Assembly: GCA_977017645.1 (NCBI GenBank)
Contig: OZ360239.1
Coordinates: 29,574,001 to 29,638,000 of the forward strand
Length of the DNA stretch: 64,000 bases
Direction of reading: 5' to 3'
Source of the DNA: Torpedo marmorata
Lineage: Eukaryota
Below, in pieces: positions 11,970 to 26,218 of the stretch. The notes beneath the pieces are model-generated. The model was not told where the DNA came from, searched no databases, and saw nothing but the letters and a program-made list of their open reading frames with translations. A program made the translations under genes and the position numbers. How positions within the stretch are numbered: the stretch's first letter is position 1; the number at the start of each line of letters is the position of its first letter.

Positions 11970-13201
11970 GAGGAGATTAAAAACTCTCCTATTTTAAAGC
12001 ACGTTATAAATATGGAATAAAGTGGATAGGGAGATAGGAGGGAAAGGGTTAATTTCTTGTAAAATGCCTTTATATCAAAATAACTTATCCCATTTACTAT
12101 GGATCATCAATTGTTTAAAATTTGGTTTCAAAAAGGGATTAAAAAAGTAAATGATTGTTTTGAAGCTTGTAAATTTATCACTTTTCAAAGAATGAAAGAG
12201 AAGTTTAATGAATATTTTTAGTTGAAAAGTTGGGTCATAGTTTAATTTTACCAAGACAAAGTGAATTGGAGTTACTAATTACTAATTGGGGTATAAATAC
12301 ATTTATTTCTCAAATGTATAGATTGTTACAGAAAAAAATGCTTAAACCAGGAATTCATAAATCAAGATTAAAATGGGAATCAGATTTGAAAGTAACAATA
12401 GATGAGGAACAGTGGAAAGAAATATGTAAACAAAGTATGACCAAAATTATTAATGTTAGATATGGGTTAGTGCAATATAATTTTTTGCATCAATTATATT
12501 TAACGCCTAAGAAACTAAAGAAATTTAATTCGAGATTATCAGATTTATGTTTTAGATGTAATAGAGAAGAAGGTTCTTTTGTACATTCTACGTGGCTTTG
12601 TCCAAAGATACATGCTTTTTGGCTGAAAGTTTAAAAGTTTTTAGACAAAGTATTAAGAATTACACTCCCAATGAATCCTATGAAATTTTTGTTTGGAGAT
12701 AATAAAATAATTAGTATTAAAATGAGATTAAATATGTACCAAATAGAATTTTTGTAAATTGCTTTAGCTGTTTCAAAGAAATGCATTGCTATTACATGGA
12801 AATCTGATGTAGATTTAGGGTTAGAAAGATGGCATGCAGAACTTCGTTCATGCATACCACTTGAAAAAATTACTTATAATTTCTTTTTGAAGATATGGAG
12901 CCCATATACAAAAATTGTGGGTTTAAAGATTTGAAGATCTCTTGATACCAGGTCTGACTGGCGAACCTGTGTTCCACAATAAAATTAATGTATATTTGGT
13001 TTTTTTTTCTTTAGATTGACATTCTCCATATTCTTTTTTTTCTTCCTTTCTATTTTATTAGAGTAGTAGGGGTGGGTGGGTTAGGGAGGGAGGGGAGGGT
13101 GAAAATATATCACATGTATTTTGATAACTTTGTATTTTATAAACATGTATTATCGTGTGATTAAAAATTTTAAATAAAATATTAAATTTTTTTTTAAAAA
13201 A
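11970..13201 (+). mobile_element. L1 family A 3' fragment directly after the previous poly(A)
   Basis: ORF 12230..12634 is homologous to the C-terminus of 31232..33073; G-rich 3' UTR; aataaa at ~13173. Confidence 0.88.
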
Positions 13202-13229
13202 GAACATTTTTTGTCCATCAAGAGCTTTG

Positions 13230-13596
13230 ACTGGGTGAGTCCAAACGTAAACTTGAGGTACAATGCATCATATTCCTCCTGGACAGCCTTTAACCGTACG
13301 ACATGAACCTTGATGTTTCTAAGTTTAGCTAACCCCCACCTGATAACACTGTTTCCATCTCTTTACTGATTCCTGTACTTACTTTTTTTCCTCTTTCTTT
13401 CTCTCCAACTTTTCTTCTACCCCCCCTCCCCCAATAGTTTCTTCCTTTTCCTGCATCTCCACCTCCTACACCTTCTGTCCTCCATCTCAGTGTCCCTCCC
13501 CCAGCTTCATTCCCTCTTGATATATGTAATTTTACCTACTTTATTTTAGTCTTGATAAAGGGTACGGACCTGAAACTTTGACTGACCATTTTTCTG
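13230..13596 (+). mobile_element. Degraded Penelope-like 3' fragment
   Basis: Resembles RKLEEQHLIF...LDSLQP coding DNA at 13245-13300; pyrimidine tract; cttgataaagggtacggacctgaaac pLTR/hammerhead relic at 13551. Confidence 0.6.
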
Positions 13597-13959
13597 GGTG
13601 ATTAATTATTGTTATCTACCACATTCTTGCTGGCTCTGCGATAAATTGTTGCCAAAATCTATCCAGAATAAAAATTTGAATACCTTTCCAACATGGTTTT
13701 GTATGCTTATCTCAATCAATATGAAGGTTAAAATACCCTGTAAAAATAAATCTGCTTTTACCATGTGTTCACATAATCTCTGCATTGAGGGTGCATACAT
13801 AAAATTCCCACCTCCTACTAAGTAGTAGTTTGCCTTATTTACTTATTCTCATCAATGGCAGCAAGAAGTCAAAATGTTAAATAAGGTGTGTCACATTTTA
13901 AATAGTTATCAACAATTATGAGCAATAAGGATTCAGAAAATTAACAAAATGACTGTAAG

Positions 13960-15320
13960 GAAGAAAATAATAGTGTAGAAGTGTAATAAATGCCCAAAGC
14001 AAGATGGTTCTTAACCCAGGATTCTAAAGAAAGTGGATGTGAAAACTATTGGTACCCAAACAATAAATTTCCCAGAGTTTTCTCAATCAGGGAATTCTTC
14101 CTTTTGCCTAGAAAGTTACAAAACATTTAACTGCTTATGTAAAGATAAAAACCAGGGAAAGATTGAAACCAAGTAATTCAAGACAATTTAGCCTTACATC
14201 TGATGTTAGAAATTACAAGCATCTATAACTAAGGATGTCAATAAATCAGAAAGAGCTAGCATAGTCTACTAGATTGCAGGATTTGCCTAACAAACCTCAA
14301 TATTTTGAAGTGGAAATAATTAGCCAAAAATTAGGTAATTGAAGAGCAACTAACTGACCCATCTTAGAAAATGACTGAGTTGCAGAAGACAGAGGGTAGG
14401 GATAATGGGTAGTCACACAAATTGTCAGCATCTGTTTTGGTCTTCAACAATTCATTCTATTTTATTAATGCCATGATGATGGAAGCGGAAGCAACATCTC
14501 CAAGATTGTTAATGTTGCAAAGAAAGCAATGTTTTTGGAAGTATAAAAATAATCAATAGGTTAAACAAATGGGAAAAACTGTAGTTGAATCAAAGCTACA
14601 AATCAAACCGGATTTTACTGAATAATAGAACACATTCAAAGGGAGAAACTAAAGTCAGAAGTGTCGGTATTTCTGTGGAGTAAAGGGAATTACAGTGGCA
14701 TGGGAGAGGAACTGGCTAATGAAGATTGAAAGGGGGCACTATAGGGAAGACGGCAGAGCAGCAATGCATGGAGCTTCTGCAAGAAATGAGGAAGGTGCAA
14801 GATAAATACATACCAAAAAAGATGAAATATTCGAATGGGACAATGTCACAACTGGCTGACAAGGGAAGTCAAAGCCAACATAAAAGCAAAAGATAGGGCA
14901 TACAAGGAAGCAAAAATTAGTGGGAAGATAGAGGATTGGGAAGTTTTTAAAAACTTACAGAAGGTAACTAAAAAACTCATATGGAGTGAAAAGATGAAGT
15001 AGAAAAGTAGGCTGGCAAATAATATCAAAGAGGATACAAAAGTCAGCATGGTTTTCTTAAGGGAAAATCTTGCTTGACAGAGAGGTGGAGGAATTTCTTT
15101 AGCCAGAGGGTGGTAAATCTGTGGAATTTGTTGCCACAGGTTATGGAGGCCAAGTCATTGGGTGTAATTAAGGGAGAGATTGATCGGTTCTTGATTAGCC
15201 AGGGCATCAAAGGTTATGGGGAGTGAGACTGAGAGGGAAAATGGATCAGATCATGATTGAATGGTGGGGCAGACTCGATGGGCTAAATGCCCTTTCTGTT
15301 CCTATATCTTATGGTCTCAT
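13960..15320 (+). mobile_element. CR1-clade LINE fragments (old and younger, deleted)
   Basis: CR1 RT-like segments (cccaggattctaaagaaagtgg; cagcatggttttcttaagggaaaatcttg) and a CR1 3' end (ttctttagccagagggtggtaaatctgtggaat ... cctatatcttatggtc). Confidence 0.7.
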
Positions 15321-15758
15321 AACAATTCCTGTTTTTGATCAACAGTTAATCTAGAGTGCAGATACTATTTGCTTGTCTGATGCCACTGAATTACAACCCT
15401 GCTTTTAATAGACAAAATCGGCAAGAGCTCAATTGTCAATTAAGTATATCATTCAAAGATGCTCACAGAATAAAACTGACCAGGGAAGTTTAATATGGCT
15501 TAATAATTACATAACAAAGTATACCAGTACAGCATTATGTGTTTCACCTGTTTTTTCTTTAACTGAACTATATGGAAAACACCAGCATGGAAACAGGGCT
15601 TGGGGCTTACATGGTGAATGGCAGTAGTTTCTCTCACATGTGTCTTCACATAACCTATGAATAATGCTGATAGAAAAACATTTAACATTTTTAACAGTGA
15701 CAAAAAGTTATACTTATAAGACTGAGTTTTAACTTCATTCCAACTGTTCAATACTTCC

Positions 15759-18700
15759 TTTTCTTTTTTAAATCTCTTTATTAATTCCATAAAATCATGA
15801 TATAACAGTTCATTCACTATATACGTTTACAGGAAAAAAAAACCAAAGAAAAGCATTATCACATGTTCCATTAATCCATCCATAAGAGTATATATTACAG
15901 ATATATATCAATTTTTTTTCTTTACAATTTAGTATTATAATACCAATAGGTATAAAAAGAACCAAGCTACAAAAAAAAAGTAATTTCATCATAATACATT
16001 TTTTTTAAAAAAGCTAAAGCAATCTAAACTAGCCTACCACCTACCCCAACCCCAACCCCAGAATTGCACTGACCTGTAGAAATAATAACTTCAAATCATG
16101 AGGAATCATAAACTCTGATAATAGTCAATAAAGGAACCCCAAATATTAGTAAATTTTAGGTTTAATTTAATATTTGAACATCTAATCTTTTCTAATGTTA
16201 AATAGGACATTAAACTTGATAGCCAATCTTCATAGATAGAAGGATTACCATCCTTCCATTTTAGCAAGATCTGTCGCCTTGCAACCAGAGAAGAAAAAGC
16301 AATCACATGTTTTTGATTATTAGTAAGATCATGATTACTAGGATCATTTATACCAAATATTGCTATAAATGGATTTGGATCTAATTGAGTAGCTAAAACC
16401 AAAGAAAGAGTACAAAAATGTTTGTTCCAAAATCTAACTAACTTAGGGCACAACCAAAACATGTGAAATTATGTACCTTCATGAACATTACATCTATCAC
16501 ACATAGATGATATATTTGATGACAATTTAGCCAGTAAAGATTTTGAGTAATGAGCTCTGTGAACTACTTTGAATTGAATTAAATTATGTCTTGCACATAA
16601 CGAAGAGGTATGGATATGGTCCAAAATATTGGACCACACTGAAGGTGAAAAAACTTCTAAAAAATCTCTTTCCCAAGCCTCCTTTATTTTATCCACATGC
16701 TGTATCACATTTTCTTTTAAAAGGTTATAAAATACTGACAATGGTTTTGGTATATCAGGAGTGATAGTAAAAACCTTTTCTATGATTACTAACTTTAAAT
16801 CTAAAGGAAACTCCAATCTCAAGAAATTTATAAAATTCCTAACTTGAAAGTATCTAAAATAATTGTTTCTAGATAAGTTATACTTATTAACCAACTGTTC
16901 AAAAGTAATAAAATTAGAATCTATAAACAAGCTTTTAAATGAACATATACCGTGTTCTTGCCAAATCTGGAACCCTCTATCCCCACTAGCTGGGGTAAAA
17001 AAGGTATTGAAATTTATTGTACTATCAAGCAAGAAATTAAGGAAATTATTTACTATTCTAAATTGGAACCATATTTTTAACGTTAACCTTATTTTTAACC
17101 TTAGTTAAGAGAGACTCTGGAGAAAGCTATAACCTCTGAAGAGATAGCGGAAGCAATGAGCTACAATATGGAAAGACACCTGGTCCTGATGGGTTTCCAG
17201 TTGAATTTTATAAAACTTTTGCAGATTTATTAATTCCTTATTTAAATACCACTTTAGCTGAAACGTTCAATAAAGGAAAATTACCTCCAACTTTTTTTGA
17301 AGCCTCTATTTCGTTGATTTTAAAAAAGAATAAGGACCCATTAGATTGTGCCTCATATCACCCAATATCTTTACTTAATGTTGATACTAAAATATTATCA
17401 AAGATATTGGCACAAATAATTGAAAAAATTATGCCTTTAATTATCTCAGAAGATCAGACAGGTTTTATTAATATATGCTATAGTTGTCTTCCTTTTAATC
17501 AGATTATTTAGCCCATTTATATTATATTAATACTTACTACATTTATTAATTTACTGTCTGCCATTTCTAATATTTAATAACTCTCTCTCCATCAGACCTG
17601 CCGGTTCCCCCTTCCACAAGGATGAAAGAGAAATTTAATGTATTAAATAATACACTTTTTGCTTATTATCAAATTAGCGCAATTTTAGTTGAAAGGTTGG
17701 GTTATAGTTTAATTTTACCAAGACAAAGTGAACTGGAACTATTAGTTACAAATGGGGGTATAAATAAATTTATTTCTCAAATGTATAGATTGTTTCAGAG
17801 AAAAATGCCTAAACTAGGAATTCATAAATCAAGATTAAAATGGGAATCGGATTTGAATGTAACAATAGATGAGGAGCATTGGAAAGAAATATGTAAACAA
17901 AGTATGACGAAGATTATTAACGTTAGATATAGGTTAGTGCAATATAACTTTTTGCATCAATTATATTTAACACCTAAGAAATTAAAGAAATTTAATCCGA
18001 CATTATCAGGTTTATGTTTTAGATGTAACAAAGAGGAAGGTTTGTTTGTACACTCTACGTGGCTTTGTCCAAAGATATATGATTTTTGGTTGAAAGTTAA
18101 AAGGTTTTTAAATCCCAATGGATCCTATGATATTTTTGTTTGGAGATATTAAAAGAATTAGTATTAGAATGAGATTAAATATGTATCAAATAGAATTTTT
18201 GCAAATTGCTTTAGCTGTTTCAAAGAAATGCATTGCTATTACATGGAAGTCTGATGTAGATTTAGGGTTAGAGAGATAGTATGCAGAACTTCGTTCAGCT
18301 ATACCACTTGAAAAAATTACTTATAATTTACGTAACAAATATCATTTCTTTTTGAAAATATGGAGCCCATATATAAAAACTGTCGTTTTAAGGATTTGAA
18401 GATCTCTGGATATCAGATCTGACTGGCGAACCTGTGTTCTACAATAAAATTAGCTTATAGTTGTTCTTTTTAGATTGACATTCTCCTTATTTATCTTTTT
18501 CTTTCTTTCTTTTTTATTTTATTCGAATAGTAAGGGTGGGAGGGTTAGGGAGGGGGGGGGTGAAAATATATCACATGTATTTTGATAATTTTGCATTTTA
18601 TAATATGTATTATCGAGTGATTTAAAATTTTTAATAAAATATTTAAAAAATACAGGTTTTATTAAAGGAAGACATATATAGTATAACATAAGGAGGTTGT

Positions 18701-19765
18701 TAAATATAGTATATTCTCCAGTGCAGACTCCCTTTGAAAGTGTAATTTCATTAGATGCTGAGAAGGCCTTTGATAGGGTGGAGTGGAATTACCTGTTTAC
18801 GGTTTTGGGGAAACTTGATTTTGGACCAAAATTTATTAATTGGATTAAGATAATCTATGCTTCACCACTGGCTAGGGTTGTTACGAATTCAATGAAATCA
18901 TTGCCTTTTAAATTATCCCGAGGGACGAGACAGGGATGTCCACTAAGCCCATTATTATTTGACATTGCTTTGGAACCGTTAGCATTGGCAGTTAAACAAT
19001 CAGAAAATATTACAGGTATTGCAAGAGAGGGAACGGAAAATAAAGTGTCATTATATGCAGATGATTTGCTGCTGTTTGTTTCAGATCCTAAAAATTCTGT
19101 TCCAGTGATTTTACAATTACTGGATAGATTTGGAAGTTTATCAGGATATAAATTGAATTTAAGTAAAAGCGAATTAATGGTGATAAAATCACCTCATGTA
19201 CTACCATTTCAAGTTCCTTTTAAGGTACCGGTAGTTAAAAAATATTTAATATATCTTGGGGTTAACATTACAGTGAAAGTTGATCACCTATATAAAGAGA
19301 ATTTTCTTCCTCTATTGAATAAAGTTAAAAATTTAACTAAAGGGTGGTCCCCGTTAATGATGTGATTAATTGGTCGTATAAACATTATAAAAATGAATAT
19401 TTTACCTACATTTTTGTATGTATTCCAAGCACTTCCAGTATTTCGCCCTAAAGTACTTTTTGATCAAATAGACTCTTTAATTTCGTCTTTTATTTGGAAT
19501 GGTAAAAGACCAAGAGTAAGAAAGGAAGTACGACAAAATGACAAACCACAGGGTGGTTTTGCTTTACCTAATTTCAGTAATTATTATTGGGCTGCTAACA
19601 TTAGATTTATTAATATTTGGATACATTTTATGAATTATCAAGAAAGATTTAAATGGATGAAATCAGAAATGAAGGTTATAGGTAAACATTCGTTAGTATC
19701 TATATCAGGAATGGCTTCACCCTTTAAATATTCCAAAATTTCTAATAACAAGATAGTTAAACAAA
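15759..19765 (-). mobile_element. L1 family B with twin-priming 5' inversion (3' part 15759-17081 on -, inverted part 17082-19765 on +), carrying a nested L1
   Basis: Minus ORFs 16106..17032 give the ORF2 C-terminus; plus ORFs 17314.., 18697.. and 19393.. give RT; the two parts join at aaatgtt|aaaaatatgg; degenerate TSD tgttcaatacttcc (15745-15758) / tgttcattatttcc (19766-19779). Confidence 0.9.
17472..18649 (+). mobile_element. L1 family A nested in L1-B, with a short inverted 5' piece containing the ORF2 start
   Basis: TSD a(g/t)acaggttttattaa at 17456-17471 and 18650-18665; 17472-17618 reads on minus as MADSKLINVVSINI..NGLNN..KRK (ATG at 17564); 17620-18649 is the ORF2 end, 3' UTR and poly(A). 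Confidence 0.88.
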
Positions 19766-20444
19766 TGTTCATTATTTCCAAAGCCCAAAAATAAAAACAG
19801 TGAATAGGTTTCTATCAAAAACTGTATGACATAGCAACTGTTTCTCCACCCCCAGTGCATATCAGAAACAAAAATACAGAATCACTCTCATTGGCAATTT
19901 CACTGAATGGTTGTCCCTTGCAGCTTGTCAGCTGCCAACTTTGAGGTGTACAATACAGCAATAAAGACCTCTTTGCTGTAGAAAACAAAAGATTCAATTC
20001 ACAGATATTTAGCCTGCAGACATACCATAAGCATTAGTAAGAAAAACATCAGGAAAAGAAAGAAGTGCATCCTCCAAACTCAAAGGTCCCGAGTTCAAGC
20101 CCTGGCTGCTTGATGCTTAAAATTGTCAACTCAATCAATTCCTGGACAGGAACCAGTTACGCTCTCACAATAGCCAAATATTTTGCTTTGAGAGAGAACA
20201 GTAGGACTGATACCACTTAATTGATAATATTATCCCAGGAAATACTGGTGACGTTCAATAAGAAATCTGCAGATATCTACAGTTTGGGTATTCGCAAATG
20301 AAATCAAACAAGTATTTTAATACACTGTCAGTTAGCTGTATTATTCTCTTTTCTAAGACAAAGACCTGCCTGAGAAGGCCTTCATGACAAAGTACCTTTC
20401 CTAATACTGCAACCCTTCCCTTGCCCCATTTTCATCGGAATTAA

Positions 20445-21765
20445 ACAGAAAGGCTTGCAGATGCTGTGCTTGTGGTGCAATACATAAAAGTGCTGGAGAA
20501 ACTCAGCAGGTCACACAGCAACCTTCGGAAGTAAAGGGTAACCAACGTTTCAGGCCTGAGCCCTTTGTCAAGGTATAAGCAAAATGCAGGAGGGTGCCTG
20601 AATAAAAAGGTAGGGGGGGGAGAAGAGGAGGGAGGAAGGGTAGGGGGAGGAGTAAAGGCTAACAGGTAAGAGGTCATATGTGGATATGGGTAGAAGAGAA
20701 AGTAAAGCTGGAAAGAGAGGGGGAAGCTCTGAATGGAGAGAGGTGTTGGGGAGCTGGAGGGAGACTCGGGAGAAGGGTTTAACGGAAACTGGAGAAGTCA
20801 ATGTTAATGCTGTCTGGTTGGGTAGTGTCCAGATGGAATATTACGTGTTCCTCCAATTTGCAGGTAGCCTCGGTTTGGCAGTGCACGAGCCCATGGGTAT
20901 GTGTGTAGAATTAACATGGTTGGCTATTGGGAGGTCCTTGTTACTGCAGTGGACAGAGCGAAGTTACTCAACAAAATGATCTCCCAGTCTGTGTCCAGTC
21001 TCCGATGTAGAGGAGACCACAACGGGAGTACCGGGTGCAGTCGATGACCCCTGCAGATTCACAAGTGAAGTGCTGCTTTACTTGGAAGGACTCTTTGGGG
21101 CCCCAAATGGTGGTGAGGGAGGAGGTGTGGGAGCAAGTGCAGCATTGTGCCCATAGCAAGGGTATCAAACATTATGGGGAGAAGGCACGGGAGTGGGGCT
21201 GAGTGGGAGATGGATCAGCTCATGATGGAAAGGACTCGACAGGCCGAAAGGCCTACTGCTCCTCTATCTTATGGTCTTCTTTCTTGTGATTACAGTGGTA
21301 GATACCGAGGAGGCGATTCGTGGGAAGGGATGAAGGTGTCCTGGAGGGAGCAGTCCCTGCGGAAAACAGAGAGGGGCAGATGTGCCTGTTGATTCCTCCA
21401 GTCACTGTTAGTGGCGGAAATTGCGGAGAATAATATGTTGAATGCGGAGGATAGTGGGGTGGTAGGTGAAGACAAGGGGAATCCTGCCCTTGTTCAGTCT
21501 AGGGGTGGAGAGGGCCAGGGTAGATGTGCGGGAAATAGAGGAGATGCAGGTGAGGACCAAGTTGATGGCAGTAGAAGGGAATCCACGTTTTTTGAAGAAG
21601 GATGAAATCTCGGATGTACTGGAATGAAAAACCTCATCCTGGGAGAAGATGCGATGGAGGCAGAGGAACTGAGAGAAAGGAATAGAATCTTTATAAGGGA
21701 CAAGGTGTCAAGAGTTGTAGTCGAGGTAATTGTGGGAGTTGGCAGCTTTGTAGAATTTATCTGCA
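20445..21765 (-). mobile_element. Penelope-like element, 5'-truncated and degraded (RT thumb, GIY-YIG, pLTR)
   Basis: GPKESFQVKQHFTCESAGVI..CGLLYIG (ORF 20968..21168); DSHNYLDY/SIPFSQFL-like RT end at ~21670-21750; pLTR with cttgacaaagggctcaggcctgaaacg at 20544-20571 (minus). Confidence 0.85.
21160..21281 (+). mobile_element. CR1 3'-end fragment inserted in the Penelope element
   Basis: gggtatcaaa..tatggggagaaggc ... ctcctctatcttatggtctt, the same tail as 15200-15320. Confidence 0.7.
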
Positions 21766-21839
21766 GACAGTTTGTCATGAAGCCGAACTATTTCAGTCTC
21801 ACCTCTACCTGTTCCTTTTTATAGCCTGTCAAATGCAGC

Positions 21840-22640
21840 TGTGAAAAGTTACAAAGGAATTCTACTTTTTCAGACCAACATTAGGAAAATGAACAGAAAC
21901 TTAGAATTTTAGCGCTGTTAGAAAAATTACAGAATCTGAATCGAAGATGGTGATTAGTAGCATTTGGGAAAGTGCTGCAGTGAAGTATCCAGGATATGAA
22001 GGCTATGGAAACAAATGTTTTAAAGAAACTCAAAGAATGGGCCTGTTGAAACAAATTTCCTATCTATAAAAGATACAAGTTAAAAGAGTGACAACCATTA
22101 ATTGTTGATTTTCAGAAATATCTTGAACAGATTAACAAGTTAACAAGAGGAAAACAGGATGGTTATTCTGTCCAGTTAAATAACATTTCAGAAAGAAATG
22201 TTGGAGAATACACAGCATTTAGTCTTTATGAGCAGGCAATAAAGGTTCAAGTTAGAGTTCACTTTGCAGAGTTCCAGGAAATTGGTAAATAAAATAATGT
22301 ATGATACTTACCTTGTGAATACAATTGATGTGTATTTTCAAAACACATTTACAAAATTTAATTTCAGTGTTTTGAAGAACCTTGATAAATCGACTTTTCA
22401 ATAAATCATGGCTTTAATGAAAACTAATTCTGTTATTGAAAACATGATTGGATGAAAAAGGTTTGTTTGGGGAAAAGGAAAGGACAAATTACACAACAGT
22501 TATATCTGCATCTATTATCGTTCACAATATTTCTAAATACATAATATTGTCAATAACACATTATAGAAGCCAATGACAAAGATAAATCATTGGGAATTAT
22601 CAACTTGGCTAATGGATAATGAAGTGAGCTAATTTTGGAA
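21840..22640 (+). mobile_element. Highly degraded CR1-like LINE
   Basis: Scattered CR1 RT-like remnants (gttgattttcagaaa, attggatgaaaaaggtttg). Confidence 0.35.
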
Positions 22641-22724
22641 GGCAGGTGGGGAGAATCTCACCATGATTACATCTTTCTCTTTGTAACCTCTTCTTGTCCT
22701 GTTACCCTCAGAATTATAGGCGAT

Positions 22725-22925
22725 ATAGTGGTGTTGCTGGTAGTACTGCTGCCTCAGAGCTCCAGCAACCTCGGTTCAATCTTGACGGTGCTGTCTGTCT
22801 GGAATTTGCAAGTGGTCTCTCTAAATGTGTGGGTTTTCTCCGAGAGATCCTGTTTTACCTCACGTCACAAAATTTGTGTATGATGATAGTTTCATTGGCC
22901 ATTATAAATTGCCCTATTAAGTGTT
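22725..22925 (+). mobile_element. Old V-SINE copy
   Basis: gctgcctcagagctccagcaacctcggttcaatcttg head and a V-domain relic tgtgtgggttttctccgag. Confidence 0.6.
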
Positions 22926-24171
22926 TCTACTTTTATTTCAGATTTTCAGCATCGATTTTTAAAAATTTTCATTTATTATTGAATTCACGACCCTTTCTCT
23001 TCCAGGAATGCAAATCTGGAAGTTCTCTTCTGTTCTGCAGGAGGATTTCTATCTGATCCTTTTACTTTGTTCAATTCAGTGGTTTCTTTCTCTTCTAACG
23101 TTCAATATGTTTTTGACCCAAATTCGCTTGGGCAGCCTCATCTCCTTCCTTTGCAAGTGTCTCCAGCTCCAACTCATCGATTTCTACTCAAATTGCATCC
23201 TTCACTATTCAGACCCACCCAGGATCAAATACATTTAAATTCTGCAGCATTTCTTGAAGCAATGCATTTATCCATCCCGAGTTCCATTCTTTATGCCGTG
23301 CAACTACCAATCTCTCTGGGTAATCAATGCAGATTGAGGTTTCCTCTAATAGTAAACAGTAGTTCTCTTTGGCTGTTCCTCAGAAACAATCAATGATGAA
23401 ATCAGTTGAAGGAACTCCATGTGAACAACACCAGCTGTGTTTGTGTGACTGGGGAGTCCTTGGAATAATTCAATATCAATAGTAGCATTTGGCAACCTGC
23501 ACTGTTGTTCCAAGTCTGTTCTTTTTCCAAATGGACTGAATCCAGCAACATATATTTCACAAGGATATGCTGGGAACGAACCTGGGCTTTGAGATATATC
23601 CAAACCTGAGTTACACAAATGATGCTCGCTTGCTGACCATGCTGCTTATTGCATTGGAGATCATGTAAAATGAAGTTCTCCCATTTAGTCTGGAAAGAAT
23701 GCAACCAAATCAAACAAAAAACAGACTACTGCCAATTAGCCAAGCAACTTAGACTCAAGCACTAATAGCAGATAACAATGTCGAAGTGATATAATCATTC
23801 ACCAATCTCAGCTGCAACATACTAACAGCAATGGGCAAGAAATTAAGAGACAAGTAACAATTGCACATTAATGCACAAAGCAGCACATGAGCACAAAGAT
23901 CCAACCCTATCATCTGTCCCTTCCATTTCCCAACAGGAAATCAGATGACTCCAACTAATTAAGTTTTCTGTAGATAGACTATATCGACTTCCACGAGCAC
24001 GTCACCATTGCTGAGGTCTATTATCAAATATGTCCAGCAGCATCAGAAAAAGTCATGGCCATGAGAACGACAAAGAATGAAGTGCAAGTGCCAGCACTAC
24101 AAATAGCATTCTTCAAGAGGAATTGGTAGTAAATGCTGGATGTTCTGCAAGTAAATACGAACTGTTGTTTA

Positions 24172-24875
24172 TCTATAAGACCACAAGACCATGACATAGC
24201 AGAAAAAATAGGCTATTCAGCCTATTGGGTCTGCCCTGTCATTTTAATTATGAGCTGATCCATTTCCTCACTCAGCCTGCTGGCTAATCAAGAACTGGTC
24301 AATCTCTGCCTTAAATACACCCAGGTCGGCCTCCATAACTGCCGGTGGCAACAACTTCCACAGACTTACCACCCTCTGGCTAAAGAAATTCCTCCACATC
24401 TCTGTTCTAAGCGGACACCCTTCAATCCTGAATTTAAATTAAATTTTAAATTTAAATTTAATTTTTAAAATTTTTTAAAATTTAGACATACAGCACGGTA
24501 ACAGGCCATTTCTGCCCACGAGTCCATGCCGCCCAATTTACACCCAAATAACCTACACCCCCGGTACATTTCGAACGTTATGCCCTCTTGACTAGACTCT
24601 CCCACCATGGGAAACAACCTTTCTACAACTACCCTGTCCATGCCTTTCAACATTCAAAATATTTCAATGAGATTCCCTCCTCATTCTCCTAAATTCCAAC
24701 GAGTACAGGCCAAGAGCTGTCAAACGCTCCTCATATAACCCTTTCATTCCCAGAGTCATCCTTGTGAACCTCCTCTGCACCTGCGCCAACGTCAGATCAA
24801 CCTTTCTTAAACGAGGAGCCCAAAACTGCCCACAATACTCCGTGAGGTCTCACCAGTGCCCCATAAAGCCTCAAT
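24172..24875 (-). mobile_element. CR1 LINE 3' fragment interrupted by a truncated HE1-like SINE (24431-24576)
   Basis: CR1 tail (ataagaccacaagaccat) and accaccctctggctaaagaaattc; the SINE (AAATTT)n tail and tttagacatacagcacggtaacagg lie inside it. Confidence 0.8.
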
Positions 24876-25074
24876 GAGCTTGAAAATCTCACTGTGGTTG
24901 AATTTTCTGTGTTACTTTATTGTTGATCTAATCTGAGGGGCAATTTTACACTACAAGAAAGTGCTAGAGGACAAACACACCTCCTGAAAATGAAAAGGCA
25001 ATTTACACAATGAGTGCTCAGACCAGAAATATACGCAAAATTGTTCTGCTGCAGGTAAACTAGGTTTTCAATTT

Positions 25075-25440
25075 TTCTTTCTTTTTTTTTTGAATATTTT
25101 ATTTGTATTTTTTTAAAGCCAAACATATTATCAATAACAAAAATACATCATCAAATATAATATTTGTCTGTTGACTATTATACTAAAAAACAACAAAATT
25201 ACAAACAAAGGAAAACCCACCCACCCAATTCCCCCCTAAAAGAAAAAAAAAGGAATAGAATAAGAAAAGGTTGAAATAGAAAAGGAAAGAAGACGTTGGA
25301 GGCTCGTCGTCCACCCCACAGGTTTAAATTACTTGGCATACTCAGATTTCTGAAAAGGAAATGAACATAGGTCCTGGAGGCGAGGGGGGGGGGCCTGGTT
25401 ATAGATTTACAGCCATGTGTTGTAAATATGGAGTCCAAAA
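25075..25440 (-). mobile_element. Short 3' end of a third L1 family (C)
   Basis: Minus: WTPYLQHMAVNL* followed by U-rich and G-rich 3' UTR, aataaa and poly(A) at ~25075-25100. Confidence 0.7.
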
Positions 25441-26119
25441 CCACATAGCAACAATTTTGTTGACTAAATGAATTTCTGTCCCTGCAAATTTCAACTAATT
25501 TAAAACCTTTAACTACAGCATTCATAGAATTTTCAAAGAACTCCTACAATATATATTTTCCTATATTTAATGGATATTTGCATGTCAAAATTGGTCAAAA
25601 ATGCTTCAGATCTTTCAATAGAAATAACATGTTCAAAACAAAGAACTATTCATGACACTCAAAATTAACTACCGGTAGTTTTAACAAAATTAAAATGTTT
25701 CAGAATTATGATGAATTGTAGGCTGATATCTTGAGAATTATGGCAACTTATGGTAACTACGGTAATTTTTCATGTTGCCATGATGCACAGCATTGATAAA
25801 GTGACAAACCGATTTTGTCACACAGGAAGACAACTCCACAGCATTTCAGCTTGTTGCAATGGGACCAGCCTGGAAGTTTTTACTGCAGAGATCTTGCTGC
25901 CAAAAATATCCTGACCCAACCTAAATATAATGGCATCGTACTAAGGAGGGACCATCCAAGCATTATTACTGACATGCAATATGAACCAAAGCTAGCAAAG
26001 CAAAACATCAACTTTTGTTTATATAGCTTCTGAGTCAAAAAAATTACTTTTATGAAAATTCAAGTCCATATTTCTGACCAATATTTGACTGGATATAGGT
26101 CATTTATCATAACTGTGAA

Positions 26120-26218
26120 TTTGCATGTGTGTTTGCATGTTTTTGCACTGAGGACCGGAGAACGCTGTTTCGCCGGGTTGTACTTGTACAATCGGATGAC
26201 AATAAACTTGAACTTGAT
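26120..26218 (+). mobile_element. Rex1/Babar 3' tail fragment
   Basis: gcactgaggaccggagaacgctgtttc...gacaataaacttgaacttga, the same tail as 40440-40511. Confidence 0.75.

Noticed and set aside
10215-13208. TSD aagtaaatt / aagaacatt around the tandem L1 pair (would add another TC|AAG site)
   Set aside because: Only 7/9 identity in AT-rich DNA; too weak to count.
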